A stretch of DNA of 9,801 nucleotides from Candidatus Krumholzibacteriia bacterium (GCA_036478295.1 JAZGDW010000264.1:1-9801); one strand, 5' to 3'. Counted from the stretch's first letter, positions 1 through 7,177 are shown. Numbers and translations: made by a program. The notes: generated by a model not told the origin, from the letters alone.

Positions 1-233
1 TGATAAAAATACCCGCGCCGTGAAGGGTTCGGTGTGGTCTGGAGTATCCCCGCATCCTCGAGTTGTTTGAGGCGCGTGGAGAGAAGCGCCTTCGGGATCC
101 CGGGCAGGCCGGTGGCGAGTGCCGAGAAGGTTTCGCAACCCATCAACAAATTCCGAATGATGATCGGCGTCCAGCGCTCCGCCAGGATTTCGGAGGCCCG
201 GGCGATGGGACAGTATTGACCATAAGTACGCAC
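1..233 (-). CDS. HxlR-family winged-helix transcriptional regulator (runs off the left edge of the window)
   Basis: Manual translation from GTG at 233 gives MRTYGQYCPIARASEILAERWTPIIIRNLLMGCETFSALATGLPGIPKALLSTRLKQLEDAGILQTTPNPSRRGYFY, with no stop before base 1. It matches the HxlR pattern YGQxCPxAxAxExLxxRWTxxIxRxL...F..L...LPGI....L..RLK.LE..G. Not in the ORF track because it has no stop codon in the window. Confidence 0.92.
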   Translation of the reverse strand, partial: MRTYGQYCPIARASEILAERWTPIIIRNLLMGCETFSALATGLPGIPKALLSTRLKQLEDAGILQTTPNPSRRGYFY

Positions 234-268
234 ATCCTGAAGGTAGTCTCAGGAGTCGGAACTGTCGA

Positions 269-283
269 GTTCAATTTTTGAAC
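269..283. promoter_or_regulatory. Palindromic operator candidate GTTCAA-TTT-TTGAAC, probably bound by the HxlR regulator
   Basis: Perfect 6-bp inverted repeat with a 3-bp spacer, about 35 bp upstream of the HxlR start codon. Assigning it to HxlR is inference from the usual autoregulation of this family. Confidence 0.5.
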
Positions 284-859
284 CTAATGATCGCCGTCAT
301 GAGATTGCGTTTCGGCATGACTGCTTGAGAATCGGTGGAAGACCGCAGGTAGGTGCCGGAGACGACGGGCAGCATCCTTAAACCGCCTGTGGCGAGTGAA
401 ACGAGCGGGTATTGGTGTTATCGTTACCGTCAAACGAGGAGGCGAAGTTGCCGGTTCTAGAGGACCGTGTGCCCCCGCTAGTTCTAGCGGCTCTCCGCGA
501 AAGGGACAGACTACCCGAGCATATTCGGATTACACTCATAACACTGCTTGAGGGCTATGAGCGAGGGACGAGGTCATGGCTTCGTGAACAAGGAGCGTGT
601 GCGCGGGCCCGGTTCGATCGTCCAAAGATCTATTTTTTTCGGATTTCCCTAACGGCTAATCATTGCACCAGTTCGAGTGACAGCTTTGGTCAGTATCGTC
701 CTCCGGAGCTTGCCCCGCGAATCCATATCACGTATCCTTCCGCCGGGCCTGAAAAACGGCCTTTGCACCGCACTTCCCTTGTCGTCCCCTGGCATCGTTT
801 GGCTGCCGAGCAGCGAATGAGACACTGCCATTCTTGACAACGGCTATCAACCGGGAGGG

Positions 860-1438
860 ATGACCATGCAACGCCTCACTCCTACACACGGCCTACTTGT
901 CCTTTTGACCGCTGCGCTTGCGGTTGGCTGGACCGTCGAGCAACGCCCCACGGGCGACACCGTAACCGTCACACGGGGTGACGTTATCTATGCGGACCGA
1001 GGCAGCTCGATTCACGTCTACCGGCAAAACGACCAGTCGTATGACCTGGTCACGTCAATTGAAACCGAGCCGCGAGCGACTCACGACGACCACCATCACG
1101 ACGGAAGGCACGAGCACGGCGGCACTTTCAGTTGCTCGTACAACCACGTGCATGACCACCGTGACCATCACCACTATGATGACGACCCGTACCACGGTTC
1201 GGCAGCGCAGTTCGTCGTGACCGGGTCAACACTGATATACGTGTACGACGGCACCACCGTGGTGACGCTCGACATCTCCAGGCCCGACCAGCCGAGCGAA
1301 GTGGCGCGAATGGATGTCGGATGGAAGATCGAATCGATCACGGCCGTGGACAACGCAGTGATCATCTCCGGGGACCGCGGCGGTTATACCTATGACCCCG
1401 GCAACACAAACCTAGAGCTTCGTGACCTGGAATATTAG
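860..1438 (+). CDS. Exported His/Asp-rich protein with LVIVD-like beta repeats
   Basis: GGAGG RBS just upstream. Hydrophobic N-terminal signal (LLVLLTAALAVGW). His-rich insert. The C-terminal part QFVVTGSTLIYVYDGTTVVTLDISRPDQPSEVARMDVGWKIESI resembles LVIVD repeats (DISxPxxP). Confidence 0.8.
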   Translation: MTMQRLTPTHGLLVLLTAALAVGWTVEQRPTGDTVTVTRGDVIYADRGSSIHVYRQNDQSYDLVTSIETEPRATHDDHHHDGRHEHGGTFSCSYNHVHDHRDHHHYDDDPYHGSAAQFVVTGSTLIYVYDGTTVVTLDISRPDQPSEVARMDVGWKIESITAVDNAVIISGDRGGYTYDPGNTNLELRDLEY

Positions 1439-1444
1439 AATGGT

Positions 1445-1475
1445 GCGGGCGGGTGGCTGTAACATCCCCCGCCGC
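1445..1475 (+). terminator. Imperfect GC-rich hairpin after the His-rich gene
   Basis: GCGGGCGGG...CCCCGCCGC directly after the stop codon. No clear U-tract. Confidence 0.3.
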
Positions 1476-1498
1476 TATCACGTGGCTATACCGACAAA

Positions 1499-1673
1499 TG
1501 GTGGAGGCGGCGGGAATCGAACCCTTTTCACCCACGAACCCTAACCCGATGATGGTGCATGACTTCGGCTTTTACTGTGTGAAAATGCTTAGGTTGCCGC
1601 GCCGTTTCTATTCCCCTAGAGTCCCCTCCAGTCCCCTGGAGTCCTCCCCAGTCTTGGAGATATTTTGGAGACG
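1499..1673 (-). repeat. att-like repeat copy 1: tmRNA 3'-end core (1499-1524) plus conserved arm
   Basis: Plus strand TGGTGGAGGCGGCGGGAATCGAACCC is the reverse complement of GGGTTCGATTCCCGCCGCCTCCACCA. It is followed by a 149-bp arm ending TTGGAGATATTTTGGAGACG that aligns with copies 2-4. Confidence 0.95.
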
Positions 1674-1767
1674 GCGTGCACGAACCGAAGCGCGTTCTGC
1701 GTCTTCTCCGAGTACCCATCTTTCGGGCATCGAAATCGTCAATGACGCGAGACGGCTTCTAAAAAAG

Positions 1768-1796
1768 TTGCGACAGGGGTCGTGAGGATGTATACT
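1768..1796 (+). promoter_or_regulatory. Sigma70-type promoter for the YCF48-like gene
   Basis: TTGCGA-N17-TATACT preceded by an A-tract (AAAAAA), about 130 bp upstream of the ATG at 1924. Confidence 0.65.
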
Positions 1797-1798
1797 TG

Positions 1799-1818
1799 GG
1801 CTACCCTTGGGGGTAGCC
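1799..1818. promoter_or_regulatory. Perfect 8-bp inverted repeat over the predicted transcription start
   Basis: GGCTACCC-TTGG-GGGTAGCC, 2 bp after the -10 box. Confidence 0.45.
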
Positions 1819-1923
1819 ATGACGTCCGTTCATTTGCCTATCTGATTGAGACCGCCAGTCGACACATCCGGGATGACCCCTGAGCGCACCGCTGGGTTGA
1901 GCTAGGCATGCGATGGGGTTCCC

Positions 1924-4062
1924 ATGTTTCACGCTCGTTCTTTCCGAAGTCAACACCCAACATTCGCTATTCTGATTTCTGTTGTCGTCCTCGCGTCGAG
2001 CGTGTTTGCACACGCGAACGGCCGGGCGACAACGTCGGGCTGGTTCTTGCAGAATCCATTACCGCAGGCTAATGAGCTGCTCGACGTATCCTTCTCGGAC
2101 GCGAACTCGGGCACGGCCGTGGGAGAGGTTGGCACGATTGTCCGCACCACCGACGGCGGCGCGACCTGGGTTGTACAGACTAGCGGTACCGCCGAGCATC
2201 TCGAGGGCGTTTGTTTCGTGGATGCGAATACCGGTACTGTAGTCGGTTATAACGGTACAGTTCTGCGAACATCGGACGGGGGTACGACCTGGGTCAGCCA
2301 AACCAGCGGGACCACCGAGCGGCTTCTTGGAGTGTCTTTCAGCGGCCCCAATGTGGGCACGGCAGTGGGAGATGCTGGCACGATTGTTCGCACGACTGAC
2401 GGGGGTATCACCTGGGTCGCTCAGACGACCGGGACCAACAACCGCCTTCACGACGTTTCGTTTGTCGATGACAGCATCGGGACGGCGGTGGCGCAGTTGG
2501 GGGGAATCTATCGCACAACAGACGGCGGCGCGACATGGGTTAGCCAGACCAGCGGGACCAGCGAATGGCTCTTCGGTGTGTGTTTTACGGATGCGAATAC
2601 CGGTACAGTAGTCGGTGCTAGAGGCACGATCCTCCACACGACCGACGGAGGTACGACCTGGGTCAGCCAAACCAGCGGGACCACCTTTCTGCATCTTTAC
2701 GGCGTCTCCTTTGCCAACGCGAGCATCGGTACTGTCGTGGGATTGGGCGGCGCGATTCTACGAACAACCGATGGGGGTGCCACCTGGATAGCTCAGACAA
2801 GCGGCGCACTCACTCTCAGAGCTGTTGCTTTTGCCGGTGCAATGACCGGCACACTGGTGGGTGGTAGTGGCAGCATCATGCGCACCACCAATAGGGGGGC
2901 GACATGGGTCGACCAGACCAATGTGATCAAGCAATTCCTTACTGATGTTTCTTTCACAGATGCGAATAGCGGCACCGCCGTGGGAACGGGCGGTGCAATC
3001 GTTCGAACAACAAATGGTGGCGAGACCTGGGTCCCACAGACCAGCGGTACCACAGAGATTCTGTGGGGTGTTTCCCACGCAGACGCGAGCACCGGCACCG
3101 TCGTGGGAGAGAGCGGCACGATCCTCCGTACGACGAATGGCGGGGGTACTTGGGTGAACCAGACCAGCGGTACCACCGAGGATCTTTTCGGCGTTTCCGT
3201 CGTTGACGCGAATACCGGCACGGCGGTGGGTGGTCGTGGGACCGTGCTTCGGACAACTGACGGAGGTGCAACCTGGCTCCCCCAGACCAGCGGGACCAAC
3301 CAATGGCTCTACGATGTGTGTTTTACGGATGCGAATACTGGCACGGCGGTAGGGTTAGACAACACGATTCTTCGCACGACGGATGGCGGGGCGAGTTGGG
3401 CGAGCCAGACGCTATTCGGTGCCGGCTACATTCTTAGGGGCGTCTCGTTCACCGACGCCAATATCGGGACGGTCGTGGGCGACGGCGGCATGATCTTCCG
3501 CACAACCGATGGTGCGACCTCCTGGGTCGATCAGACATGGGGGGGCGGAGCGTTTCTTCGTGACGTTTCGTTTACAGATGCGAATGCCGGGACCGCAGTA
3601 GGTGCAGGCACGATCCTTTGCACGACCGACGGAGGCACGACGTGGGTCAGCCAGACCAGCGGGATTTCCGCAGACCTTTATGGTGTCTCGTTCACCAGCG
3701 CCGACCTCGGTTCGGCTGTGGGATCCGGCGGGATAATCCTTCGCACGGAGCCGCTGGCAACTGGTGTTCCAGGGTCCACGCCGCCAACGACGCGGCTCTT
3801 TCAAAACTATCCAAACCCGTTCAATCCAGTTACATCAATTCCCTATGCCGTGTATCGTGCATCCCATGTGACTTTACGGGTTTATACGCCGAGCGGTCGA
3901 TTGGTTCGCACACTCGTCGACGGGACGGTGCCGCCCGGCAGCTGGGAAGTGTCGTGGGATGGGACCAACCATGCGGGCACGCCTTTAGCATCCGGCGTCT
4001 ATTTCCTTCAGTTGCGCGTGGGTAACGTCGTACAATCGAAAAAAATGACGTTACTGAAGTAG
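1924..4062 (+). CDS. Secreted YCF48/BNR (Asp-box) double beta-propeller protein with C-terminal FlgD-Ig/T9SS-type-A-like sorting domain
   Basis: Signal peptide ending SSVFAHA. About 14 repeats of about 41 aa (W-x-QTSGT..L.GVSF.DANTGTAVG..GTILRTTDGG). C-terminal LFQNYPNPFNP...GRLVRTLVD...WDG...ASGVYFLQL...KKMTLLK. Confidence 0.93.
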   Translation: MFHARSFRSQHPTFAILISVVVLASSVFAHANGRATTSGWFLQNPLPQANELLDVSFSDANSGTAVGEVGTIVRTTDGGATWVVQTSGTAEHLEGVCFVDANTGTVVGYNGTVLRTSDGGTTWVSQTSGTTERLLGVSFSGPNVGTAVGDAGTIVRTTDGGITWVAQTTGTNNRLHDVSFVDDSIGTAVAQLGGIYRTTDGGATWVSQTSGTSEWLFGVCFTDANTGTVVGARGTILHTTDGGTTWVSQTSGTTFLHLYGVSFANASIGTVVGLGGAILRTTDGGATWIAQTSGALTLRAVAFAGAMTGTLVGGSGSIMRTTNRGATWVDQTNVIKQFLTDVSFTDANSGTAVGTGGAIVRTTNGGETWVPQTSGTTEILWGVSHADASTGTVVGESGTILRTTNGGGTWVNQTSGTTEDLFGVSVVDANTGTAVGGRGTVLRTTDGGATWLPQTSGTNQWLYDVCFTDANTGTAVGLDNTILRTTDGGASWASQTLFGAGYILRGVSFTDANIGTVVGDGGMIFRTTDGATSWVDQTWGGGAFLRDVSFTDANAGTAVGAGTILCTTDGGTTWVSQTSGISADLYGVSFTSADLGSAVGSGGIILRTEPLATGVPGSTPPTTRLFQNYPNPFNPVTSIPYAVYRASHVTLRVYTPSGRLVRTLVDGTVPPGSWEVSWDGTNHAGTPLASGVYFLQLRVGNVVQSKKMTLLK
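2041..3750 (+). repeat. Intragenic tandem ~123-bp repeats encoding 14 propeller blades
   Basis: Recurrent ACCGACGG...ACCTGGGT...CAGACCAGCGG motif. 13 T(T/S)(D/N)xG-type Asp-box motifs plus a final ILRT blade. Confidence 0.9.
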
Positions 4063-4075
4063 GTAATTGCTTGGC

Positions 4076-4097
4076 GAGTGCTATTCTTCGAGCACTC
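4076..4097 (+). terminator. Stem-loop after the YCF48-like gene
   Basis: GAGTGCT-ATTCTTCG-AGCACTC, a 7-bp perfect stem 13 bp after the stop codon, with only a short T run after it. Confidence 0.45.
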
Positions 4098-4122
4098 TTA
4101 GCGACAACGATCAGAAAAGAAC

Positions 4123-4297
4123 TGGTGGAGGCGGCGGGAATCGAACCCGTTCTACCCGTGAACCCTAACCCGATGATGGCGAACGATTTCGGTTGCTACG
4201 ACATGAAAACTATTGAGTTACCGCGCCGTTACTTGTCCTCTCGAGTCCCCTCCAGTCCTCTGGAGTCCTCCCCAGTCATGGAGATATTTTGGAGACG
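4123..4297 (-). repeat. att-like repeat copy 2: tmRNA 3'-end core (4123-4148) plus conserved arm
   Basis: Identical 26-bp core and same 175-bp length as copy 1. About 29 mismatches to copy 1 by manual ungapped count (~83% identity). Confidence 0.95.
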
Positions 4298-4347
4298 ACA
4301 CGATGTTCCTCGCGACGGCACGCGCGGCCCGTGCGCCGAGGCCTAGC

Positions 4348-4899
4348 CTATTCAAACTCGGCGCCACAGTTCGGGCATTTCTCCGCGTCCACCGGCACAT
4401 CGGCCTCGCAGGCTGGGCACTCGGCGGTCTCGGTTGCCCCAACCGTGAGGCCGCACTCCGGGCATTCGGCGACACCCTCGGGCAGCGCCGTCTCGCACGC
4501 CGGGCATGCTCCCTTCAACTCTTGCGCGGTGTAGCGATACGAGGATGCGTGTTCGGGAGCGCCCTTTAGCCAATGCGCCCGATCGATTTCCTTGGCAGCA
4601 TCGAGGTCATCCGGCAACACATAGAGGCCATACCGCGCCGTTCCTGCCTTGGGGCTTTCGCGGTGGAGCTGAACGACATTGCGGATGTGCTTCTTGGCCA
4701 AAAGCCCGCTCAACTCGGAGAGATCATCGATCCGCCCTTCTCGAAGACAGACCCCTTCGTCTTGCTCTCGAAGCGGTGGCGGTAACGCGCCGCTTTCGCT
4801 CTTGAACACGAGCGGCTTTCCGCAGTCGGCGCAAACCTCGCCGTGCAACGCGTACTCACCCGCACAATCGGGGCATGTTTTGGTTTGATCCTGGGACAC
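4348..4899 (-). CDS. Zinc-ribbon protein with three CxxC-CxxC ribbons flanking a small central domain (DUF2007-like, tentative)
   Basis: N-terminal CPDC..CADC and C-terminal CPAC..CPEC and CPAC..CPNC. Start set to GTG at 4899 (AGGA upstream), because the longer ORF extension to 5145 looks non-coding and overlaps promoter motifs. Confidence 0.8.
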   Translation of the reverse strand: MSQDQTKTCPDCAGEYALHGEVCADCGKPLVFKSESGALPPPLREQDEGVCLREGRIDDLSELSGLLAKKHIRNVVQLHRESPKAGTARYGLYVLPDDLDAAKEIDRAHWLKGAPEHASSYRYTAQELKGACPACETALPEGVAECPECGLTVGATETAECPACEADVPVDAEKCPNCGAEFE

Positions 4900-5116
4900 G
4901 GGAGATCCTATTTGTGAACGCGCGGCGTGAGGCTCGTAGACGATCGTGACTACCGGATAATGGCCAGTTTGCTTTTGGCCTTCAGCCCACTGCTCGTGAC
5001 CAGACGCATATAATAGACACCCGACGAAAGCGAAGTCCCGGCAAGCTCGGTGGTTGATCCGGGACCCCCGTGATCGTCGGCGCGGCGTGTCAGCCGGCTC
5101 CGCGGGTGACATTTGG

Positions 5117-5145
5117 AGAATATAATAGAAGCGGGCGAATCGCAA
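5117..5145 (-). promoter_or_regulatory. Sigma70-type promoter candidate upstream of the zinc-ribbon gene
   Basis: Minus strand TTGCGA-N17-TATTCT. The -35 hexamer is the same as at 1768. Confidence 0.5.
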
Positions 5146-5176
5146 GAACGACGCGATTACGGTAGAACAAGCTAAA

Positions 5177-5331
5177 TGGTGGAGGCGGCGGGAATCGAAC
5201 CCTTGTTACCTGTAAACCTTAACCCGATGATGGCGAATGATTTCGGTTTCTATAACATGAAAACGTTTGAGTTACCGCGCCGTTTCGAGTCCCCTGGAGT
5301 CCTCCCCAGTCTTGGAGATATTTTGGAGACG
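5177..5331 (-). repeat. att-like repeat copy 3: tmRNA 3'-end core (5177-5202) plus arm with a 20-bp deletion
   Basis: Identical core. The arm aligns with copy 2 but lacks two of the 10-bp GTCC units, giving 155 bp. Confidence 0.95.
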
Positions 5332-5418
5332 GTGATACCAACCGGTTCTTTGTTACTCCAGACAGCGGCCAGACGATGCGAGGCAGAACTAACAATTTGA
5401 CCTCCAGCCGCTTCCGTA

Positions 5419-7086
5419 CTATTTCAAGAGCACCATTTTACGCGTCTTGATGAAGTTCTTCGCGGTGAGTTTGTAGAAGTACACACCGCTTGCGACAAGG
5501 TCACCGCTGTTGCTCGCGCCGTCCCAAAGTACGCGATACCCGGGAGCGGCCGTCTGCGTTTCATCGACCAGTGTCCTCACCAGTTGTCCGGCGACGTTAT
5601 AGATCCGAAGCGTTACGTGAGACCGTTCTTTGATGCCGTAGCGAATCGTGGTCGTTGGATTGAACGGGTTGGGGTAGTTGGCAACGAGATAATTCGTTAA
5701 TACGAGCTCCGGGTCAACGCCGGTTGGCGTCCCGCCTGCGTACTTGGCCAGAAAGATGTCGAAGTCTCCCGCGCTCACGAGATTGCCGCCGCCGAAGTCC
5801 GCGGTGCCCCCGAAGAATCCCGTCACGATCACGTTGCCCGAAGCGTCAGTCGCGACCCCACGGCCGTTGTCAGTGCTCGTTCCCCCGAAGCGTTGGCTCC
5901 ACTGATGCGCACCGCTCGCATCGTACTTCGCCACAAAGACATCATCGGAACCCGCGCTCACGACATTGCCGCCCCCGAAGTCCGCGGTGCCCCCGAAAAA
6001 TCCCGTCACGATCACGTTGCCCGAAGCGTCAGCCGCGACCCCACGGCTGTGCTCATTGCTCGTTCCCCCGAAGCGCTGGCTCCACTGATGTGCACCGCTC
6101 GCATCGTACTTCGCCACAAAGACATCATCGGAACCCGCGCTCACGACATTGCCACCCCCGAAGTCCACCGTGCCATGGAAGGATCCCGTCACGATCACGT
6201 TGCCCGAAGCGTCCACCGCGATTGCCCAGCCGAAGTCACTGCTCGTTCCCCCGAAGCGCTGGCTCCACTGATGCGCACCGCTCGCGTCGTATTTCGCCAC
6301 AAAAACATCGTAGTCTCCCGCGCTCACGAGATTGCCGCCCCCGAAGTCCGCCGTGCCCACGAAGAATCCCGCCACGATCACATTGCCCGAAGCGTCCACC
6401 GCGATCGCCGCGCTTTCGTCACTGTTCGCTCCCCCGAAACGCTGGCTCCACTCGTGCGCACCGCTCGCGTCGTATTTCGCCACAAAAACATCGGCAGAAC
6501 CCGCGCTCACGAGATTGCCGCCCCCGAAGTCTACCGTGCCCACGAAGAATCCCGTCACGACCACGTTGCCCAAAGCGTCCACCGCGATCGTGCAGCCGAC
6601 GTCGTTGCTCGTCCCTCCGAAACGATGGCTCCACTCGTGCGCACCGCTCGCGTCGTATTTCGCCACAAAAACATCGTAGGCGCCCGCGCTCACGAGATTG
6701 CCGCCCCCGAAGTCCACCGTGCCATGGAAGTACCCCGTCACGATCACGTTGCCCGAAGCGTCCACTGCGATCGCCAAGCCTTCGTCCCAGCCCGTCCCCC
6801 CGAAACGCTGGCTCCACTCGTGCGCACCGCTCGCGTCGTATTTCGCTACAAAAACATCCTGAAGACCCGCGCTCACGAGATTGCCGCCGCCGAAGTCCGT
6901 CGTGCCCCACATTCTTCCCGTTAGGATCACGTTGTCCGAAGCGTCCACCGCGACCACCCGGCCGTAGTCACTGCCCGTCCCGCCGAAGCGCTGGCTCCAC
7001 AGGTGGACGGGAGCCGCGGCTCCCGCCGATACCGACAAAAGCAGGATTCCCAGGCCCAGACAAAAAGCCCGTTCATTGCGCCTCAT
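5419..7086 (-). CDS. Secreted SBBP-repeat seven-bladed beta-propeller protein with C-terminal FlgD-Ig/T9SS-type-A-like domain (555 aa)
   Basis: A strong RBS GGAGGTGA (plus strand TCACCTCC, 7091-7098) sets the start at MRRNERAF. Signal peptide ending SVSAGA. Seven 61-aa repeats WSQRFGG..D...IAVDASGNVIVTGFF.GT.DFGGGNLVSAG..DVFVAKYDASGAH. C-terminal NYPNPFNPTTTIRY...SGVYFYKL...TRKMVLLK. Confidence 0.93.
   Translation of the reverse strand: MRRNERAFCLGLGILLLSVSAGAAAPVHLWSQRFGGTGSDYGRVVAVDASDNVILTGRMWGTTDFGGGNLVSAGLQDVFVAKYDASGAHEWSQRFGGTGWDEGLAIAVDASGNVIVTGYFHGTVDFGGGNLVSAGAYDVFVAKYDASGAHEWSHRFGGTSNDVGCTIAVDALGNVVVTGFFVGTVDFGGGNLVSAGSADVFVAKYDASGAHEWSQRFGGANSDESAAIAVDASGNVIVAGFFVGTADFGGGNLVSAGDYDVFVAKYDASGAHQWSQRFGGTSSDFGWAIAVDASGNVIVTGSFHGTVDFGGGNVVSAGSDDVFVAKYDASGAHQWSQRFGGTSNEHSRGVAADASGNVIVTGFFGGTADFGGGNVVSAGSDDVFVAKYDASGAHQWSQRFGGTSTDNGRGVATDASGNVIVTGFFGGTADFGGGNLVSAGDFDIFLAKYAGGTPTGVDPELVLTNYLVANYPNPFNPTTTIRYGIKERSHVTLRIYNVAGQLVRTLVDETQTAAPGYRVLWDGASNSGDLVASGVYFYKLTAKNFIKTRKMVLLK
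5740..6999 (-). repeat. Intragenic tandem 183-bp repeats (7 units, the last partial)
   Basis: Near-identical DNA blocks, such as CCCGCGCTCACGAGATTGCCGCCCCCGAAGTC, recur every 183 bp. Confidence 0.93.
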
Positions 7087-7177
7087 GCTGTCACCTCCGT
7101 GCGACGGGACAACCGTCTGTGACTTGACCATGAAACAACGAACATTACTGTGCGTCCTCGTGGCGCAGGTATTGCAT

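Noticed and set aside
34..840. ORFs 34-219, 63-281, 412-837 and 649-840
   Set aside because: The first two are antisense to the HxlR gene. The others have no recognisable motifs or convincing RBS.
1499..1673. Intact tmRNA, tRNA or tRNA-like ncRNA gene in each repeat
   Set aside because: Only the last 26 nt are present, the T-stem is incomplete and no matching 5' acceptor strand is visible. An ncRNA role cannot be fully excluded without covariation analysis or RNA data.
2059..3804. Alternative-frame and antisense ORFs over the YCF48-like gene
   Set aside because: They overlap a well-supported CDS and reflect its repeats.
4204..4221. IHF-binding site in the middle of the arm (minus strand GTAACTCAATAGTTTTCA)
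   Set aside because: The position is plausible for an att arm, but the match to YAANNNNTTGATW is weak and varies among the copies.
4900..5145. 82-aa N-terminal extension of the zinc-ribbon ORF
   Set aside because: It starts at a TTG inside a promoter-like motif and has atypical composition. GTG at 4899 with an upstream AGGA is more plausible.
5419..7086. Diversity-generating retroelement acting on the propeller genes
   Set aside because: No reverse transcriptase and no template/variable repeat pair with adenine-specific differences is visible in the window.
5724..7127. Long plus-strand ORFs 5724-7127 and 5893-6924
   Set aside because: Shadow frames antisense to the repetitive GC-rich SBBP gene. 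A stop-free repeat unit keeps them open.
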